A stretch of 64,000 bases of DNA from assembly GCA_014905635.1 (NCBI GenBank), contig JABVCE010000011.1, forward strand, positions 1,116,001 through 1,180,000, given 5' to 3'. Below the pieces are notes generated by a model. The model made no database searches and had not been told where the DNA came from. It saw nothing but the letters and a program-made list of their open reading frames with translations. Made by a program: the position numbers and the translations under genes. Of this stretch, positions 60,368-64,000 are shown piece after piece. The DNA comes from Scenedesmus sp. PABB004 (lineage: Eukaryota). Positions within the stretch are counted from its first letter, which is position 1. The number at the start of each line of letters is the position of its first letter.

Positions 60368-62822
60368 ATGCAGCAGCAGCGGGCGCCGGCAGCGGCACCG
60401 GCGGTCCCACGAGCCTCGCCAGGCTGCGCGCACTCCTGTGCGGCTGCCGGGGACGTTGGTGGCTCGGACTACAAGCTCTGCGGCCTGGAAGCGCTGCCGG
60501 AGGACATCCTGGAGGACGTCAGCCTGGCAGCGCTGCCGGAGCACGTCCTGGAGGACGTCGCATCGCGCCTGGGCGGGAGCGGGAGCTCGGCAAACTTTGC
60601 CCGCGCCTGCCGCGCGTGTGCGTCGGCGGCGGCGCGGGCGCGGCGGGGCGGCCTCGTCGACCTCACCGAGCTCTGCGGCTGGGGCGGCCCCCGCAGCGCC
60701 GGCGGCGGCGTGCTGCCGCCCGCCGCGCTCGCGGCGCCCGCGCGCCGCCCGCGCGCGGCGCGCCTCGCGCTGCCCGGCGGCTGGCGCGCGGCCGAGGTGC
60801 GCGCGCTCGGCGCCGCCGCCGCGGCGACGCCCGGCGCGTGGCGCGGGCTGCGCGCGGTCTCGCTGCACGCAAAGGCGCTGGACCGGGGCGCCGCTGCCGC
60901 GCTCGCGGAGCTCGCGCCGCGCCTCTGTGAGCTGGTGCTCGCGCTGGACCTCGCGTACGAGCTGGTCCCGCGCCAGGCGGCGCGCGTGGCCGCGCTCGCC
61001 GCGCTGCCGCGCCTGGAGACCCTGACGGTGCAGGCCGACCTGCGCAGCGAGGCGCTCGCGCGGCTGCGGCGCGCGGCGCCGGCGCTGCGCGCGCTGCGCC
61101 TGCTCGGCCGCCCCGCGGCCGCGCACCCGGCTGCCAGCCTGCGCGCGCTCGCGGGGCTGACGCAGCTCACGGCGCTGTCGTTCAGCTGGCGCGCGGGCAG
61201 GACCCTCGCCGACGCGCGGCCGCTGGCCCAGCTGACGCAGCTGCGCGAGCTGCGCGTGTGGCTCGCCGACAGCACGTCGCTGCCGCCGTGCTCGTCCAAG
61301 CCGCTGCCGGGCCTGCTGGAGGCCGCGGCGCAGCTCACGGCGCTGACGCGGCTCGACCTCCTCCAGGTGGGGGCTGGCCGGCAGCCGCGGGACGGCGCCC
61401 CGAGCCCCCACCACCCCTGACCCTTGAGCCCTGAGCCCCAAAGACCCCTGAGCCCTGCCGCCCCTCCCCACACCCTGCAGGGGCTGTACATGTCGACCGA
61501 CCTGCGCACCCTGTCCCGCCTGGCGGGCCTCGGCCGCCTCGCGGCGCTGGGGCTGGCCGACTCGGTGATCTGCGAGGACGAGCTCGCCCTGCTGGCGCCC
61601 TGCACCGCGCTTACGGCGCTGCGCGTCGACAGCCTCAAGCTCCCCCTTGCGCCGCACAGCCGGCGCAGCTCCGCGGCCGGCGGCCCGCCGCCGGCGCCGG
61701 CGCCGGCGGCGGCGGCGGACGGGGACCCGGCAGCAGCGGCTGCCGCGGCGGCCGCCGACCCCGGCGGCGCGCAGCTGGCGCTCGCGCTGACGACGCTGTC
61801 GCGGCTGCGGTCGCTGCGCGTGAACATGCTGCGCCTGGGGATGGTCAGCCTGCCCGAGGCGTGCCCGCGCCTGGAGGAGCTGGCGCCGCTCGAGGCGACG
61901 CTGGCGGCGCAGGGGCACGGCGTGGTCTGGAATTTTGGCGCGCTCACGGGTGGGCGGCGGCGGCGCGGCGCTCTCTCACGGCGCCGACCGTCGTTCCTGC
62001 TGCGCGCCCCCGGAGTCCGGGGCCCGGACCGCGCGCCCGCGCCTGACGCGCCGCCCCCGCCGCCGACGCCCCAGGCCACCCCGCGCTGCGCACGCTGGGC
62101 GTCATGCTTGGGGCGCTGGGGAGCAGCTGCAGCTGCAGCTGCCGCAGGGGCCCGCCGCCGCCGCCCGGCGCACCGGCCGAGTCGCTGGCGGCCGCGCTGG
62201 TGCGCGCGCTGCTGCAGTCGGCCCGCATCGCCCGCGGCGGCGGCGGCGCGGCGGCGGCGGCGACGGCGGCGCGCGCGGCTGCACGGTGCCGCAGCTGCTG
62301 GGCGTGCTGCGCTCGCTGCCGGCGCTGACCGAGGTGGAGCTCTGGGGCCACGCCGGCGGGCTGTCGGGCCGGGCGCTGGCGGCGGTGCGGCTGCCGCGCG
62401 GCGTCGCGTGCGGCTGCGGCGCGCGCGGCGGCAGCCTGCTGAGCTCTGCCGGTGCCCTGCTCAGCCCCCGCAGCCAGGCGGCCGCGCCAGGCGGCGCGGC
62501 GCTGCGAGCGGGCGGGCAGCAGCCTGCCGAGCAGCCGGCGGCCAAGGCCGGCGCCGGGCCAGGGGCCTGGCCGGGCGGCGCCGGAGGAAGCGGCGCCGGA
62601 GGAAGCGGCGCCGCTGGGCAGGCGCCGCTGGAGCCGCCCGCGTGCGCGTGCGCTGGCGCCGCCGAGCGCGAGCTGGTCGGGCAGCTGCAGCGCGAGCTCC
62701 CGGGCTTGGCACGCGTGGAGCTGCGGCGCTGCCGGCACCTGCCGCAGGGCGGCTGGCAGCTGGCGGCCGAGCGCTGCGGGCGCGGCGGCGGCGCAGCTGT
62801 GACCGTGACCGGCTGGCCGTGA
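60368..62822 (+). CDS. F-box-like/leucine-rich-repeat (RNI-like) protein; apparent frameshift in the last exon
   Basis: Duplicated LxALPE(D/H)(I/V)LEDV F-box-like start and repeated LxxLTxLxxLxL units. Introns at 61367-61480 and ~61949-62075. Confidence 0.65.
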
Positions 62823-63043
62823 CCGGCCGGCTGTGTGAGCGCGCACCGCGTCGCGGCGGTGGCCCTGGCCCGCAGAGCAGCTGCGAGGCGCGGCACCGTG
62901 CGCACGGTGCTCGTAACCATCACCGCCGCCGGCTCAAACATGACAACGCCGGCACCGCGGGCCGATCGACGGCGCGCTGCGCCCGCCTCGCACGCCGCAG
63001 CGCGCGCCGCCGTGCGGCCGCCGCGCCGCCCACGGGCGTCACA

Positions 63044-64000
63044 TCACTCCCAGTCGTCCACGCGCTCGTAGCGGCGCTGCGGCAGCGGCGGCGGCTGCGA
63101 CTGCGACTGCGGCTGCGACAGCGGCGGCGGCGGCGCCTCGCCCGGCGCGAGCGGCGGCAGCGCGCCGTCCGGCGCGTACGGGTAGCCGCCGTCCTGCAGC
63201 AGCCCCGCGGCGGCGGCGCCGCCGCCGTAGTCCTGCGCGCTGCCCAGCCAGGCACCGTCCGCCTGGTAGGCGCCGCCGCCGCCGCCGCCGTACGGCGCGC
63301 CGTAGCCCGGCGCGCCGCCGTACGGCTGCTGTTGCTGCTGCTGCTGGAACGGCGGCAGCGGCGCGCCGCTGGCCGGGCCGCCGACGAGCTGCTGCTGCTG
63401 CTGCTGCTGCGGGTCGTCGTACGCTGCGTACAGCCCCTCCGGCTGCGCCTGCGCCTGCTGGCCCCAGTATGCGGCGTAGCCGCGCGCCGGCTCGCCCGGC
63501 GGCAGGCCCCAGCGCCCGCCCGCCTGCTGCGGCTGCTGCTGCTGCAGCGGCTGCGGCGCGCCCGTCGCCCAGGGCGCCAGGCCCGCGCGCTCCGCGCCGC
63601 CCGGCGGCAGGTAGCCGGGCGCGCCATAGGCGTCGTCGGGCCCCGCGCCCAGCCCCATGCCCGCCTGGCCGCCGTAGCCCTCCGGCGGCGGCAGCCCGCC
63701 CATGCCGCCGCCCTCCTCCTCCTCGTTGACCTGGGCGCGCAGCTTGAACGCCTCGAGGCCGTACCAAAACGCCACCGACGTGGTCAGCGCCTGGCGGCGC
63801 AGCGCGCGGCGCAGGCGGCGCGGTCGGCGGGGGCAGGCGGCGCAGGCGGCGGCAGCGAGCCGGCGCGCCGCGGCGCGGCCGGCCGGGGCGGCGGGGCTGC
63901 GCGGCGAGCCTGGCGCAAGAGCCTCGCGCGCGCGGCGCGGCGCGCCTGGCAGAGCAGTAGCAGCGGGTCGAGGCGCCAGCCCTGGAAGATGAGCGTGCTG
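63044..64000 (-). CDS. ycf66: 3' part of a nuclear Ycf66-like membrane protein with a G/Q/P/Y-rich tail
   Basis: The window end reads STLIFQGWRLDPLLLLCQ, then a GC-AG intron (63945-63791), then ALTTSVAFWYGLEAFKLR. FQGWRLDP is the Ycf66_N signature. Confidence 0.78.
   Translation of the reverse strand, partial: QHAHLPGLAPRPAATALPGAPRRAREALAPGSPRSPAAPAGRAAARRLAAAACAACPRRPRRLRRALRRQALTTSVAFWYGLEAFKLRAQVNEEEEGGGMGGLPPPEGYGGQAGMGLGAGPDDAYGAPGYLPPGGAERAGLAPWATGAPQPLQQQQPQQAGGRWGLPPGEPARGYAAYWGQQAQAQPEGLYAAYDDPQQQQQQQLVGGPASGAPLPPFQQQQQQQPYGGAPGYGAPYGGGGGGAYQADGAWLGSAQDYGGGAAAAGLLQDGGYPYAPDGALPPLAPGEAPPPPLSQPQSQSQPPPLPQRRYERVDDWE

Noticed and set aside
58055..61918. 1287-aa minus-strand ORF
   Set aside because: Antisense shadow of the ArfGAP and F-box/LRR genes, with Arg/Ala/Pro-rich composition and no motif.
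1..64000. Prokaryotic operon, defence system or autonomous transposon
   Set aside because: Spliceosomal introns occur throughout, and I recognised no transposase, reverse transcriptase, integrase or nuclease motifs in any frame.

Overview
Gene-dense, extremely GC-rich eukaryotic nuclear DNA with many short spliceosomal introns. Gene content, intron style and NGTAA 3' signals fit a chlorophyte green alga, probably Sphaeropleales (inference). I find about 23 protein-coding genes. In order: Sel1-repeat protein (partial), membrane protein, D-amino acid oxidase, CLoG1-like protein, TruB, type-I DnaJ, SGNH hydrolase, MCM8, SMIM13-like protein, LEA-like protein, a 2-Cys peroxiredoxin-thioredoxin fusion, a secreted Cys-rich protein, C1orf52-like protein, a DDxxD isoprenoid-synthase-like protein, PP4R3/SMEK, DUF789, NUP93, CCDC113/CFAP263, a PTB/hnRNP-L-like RRM protein, RAD51, Glo3-type ArfGAP, an F-box/LRR-like protein and a nuclear Ycf66-like gene (partial). 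Most long ORFs in the supplied track are GC-driven shadow frames. The best leads are: (1) a ~235-bp, ~94%-identical non-coding element present twice, each time just upstream of a housekeeping start codon in the same relative orientation; (2) the Prx-Trx fusion with an atypical WCGKC site; (3) abundant GC-AG introns; (4) a poly(A) signal apparently relaxed to CGTAA/GGTAA; (5) several apparent frameshifts that are probably assembly errors. No CRISPR, rRNA, canonical tRNA or autonomous transposon was seen. Family calls come from recalled motifs, not database searches, and exon boundaries were read by eye.
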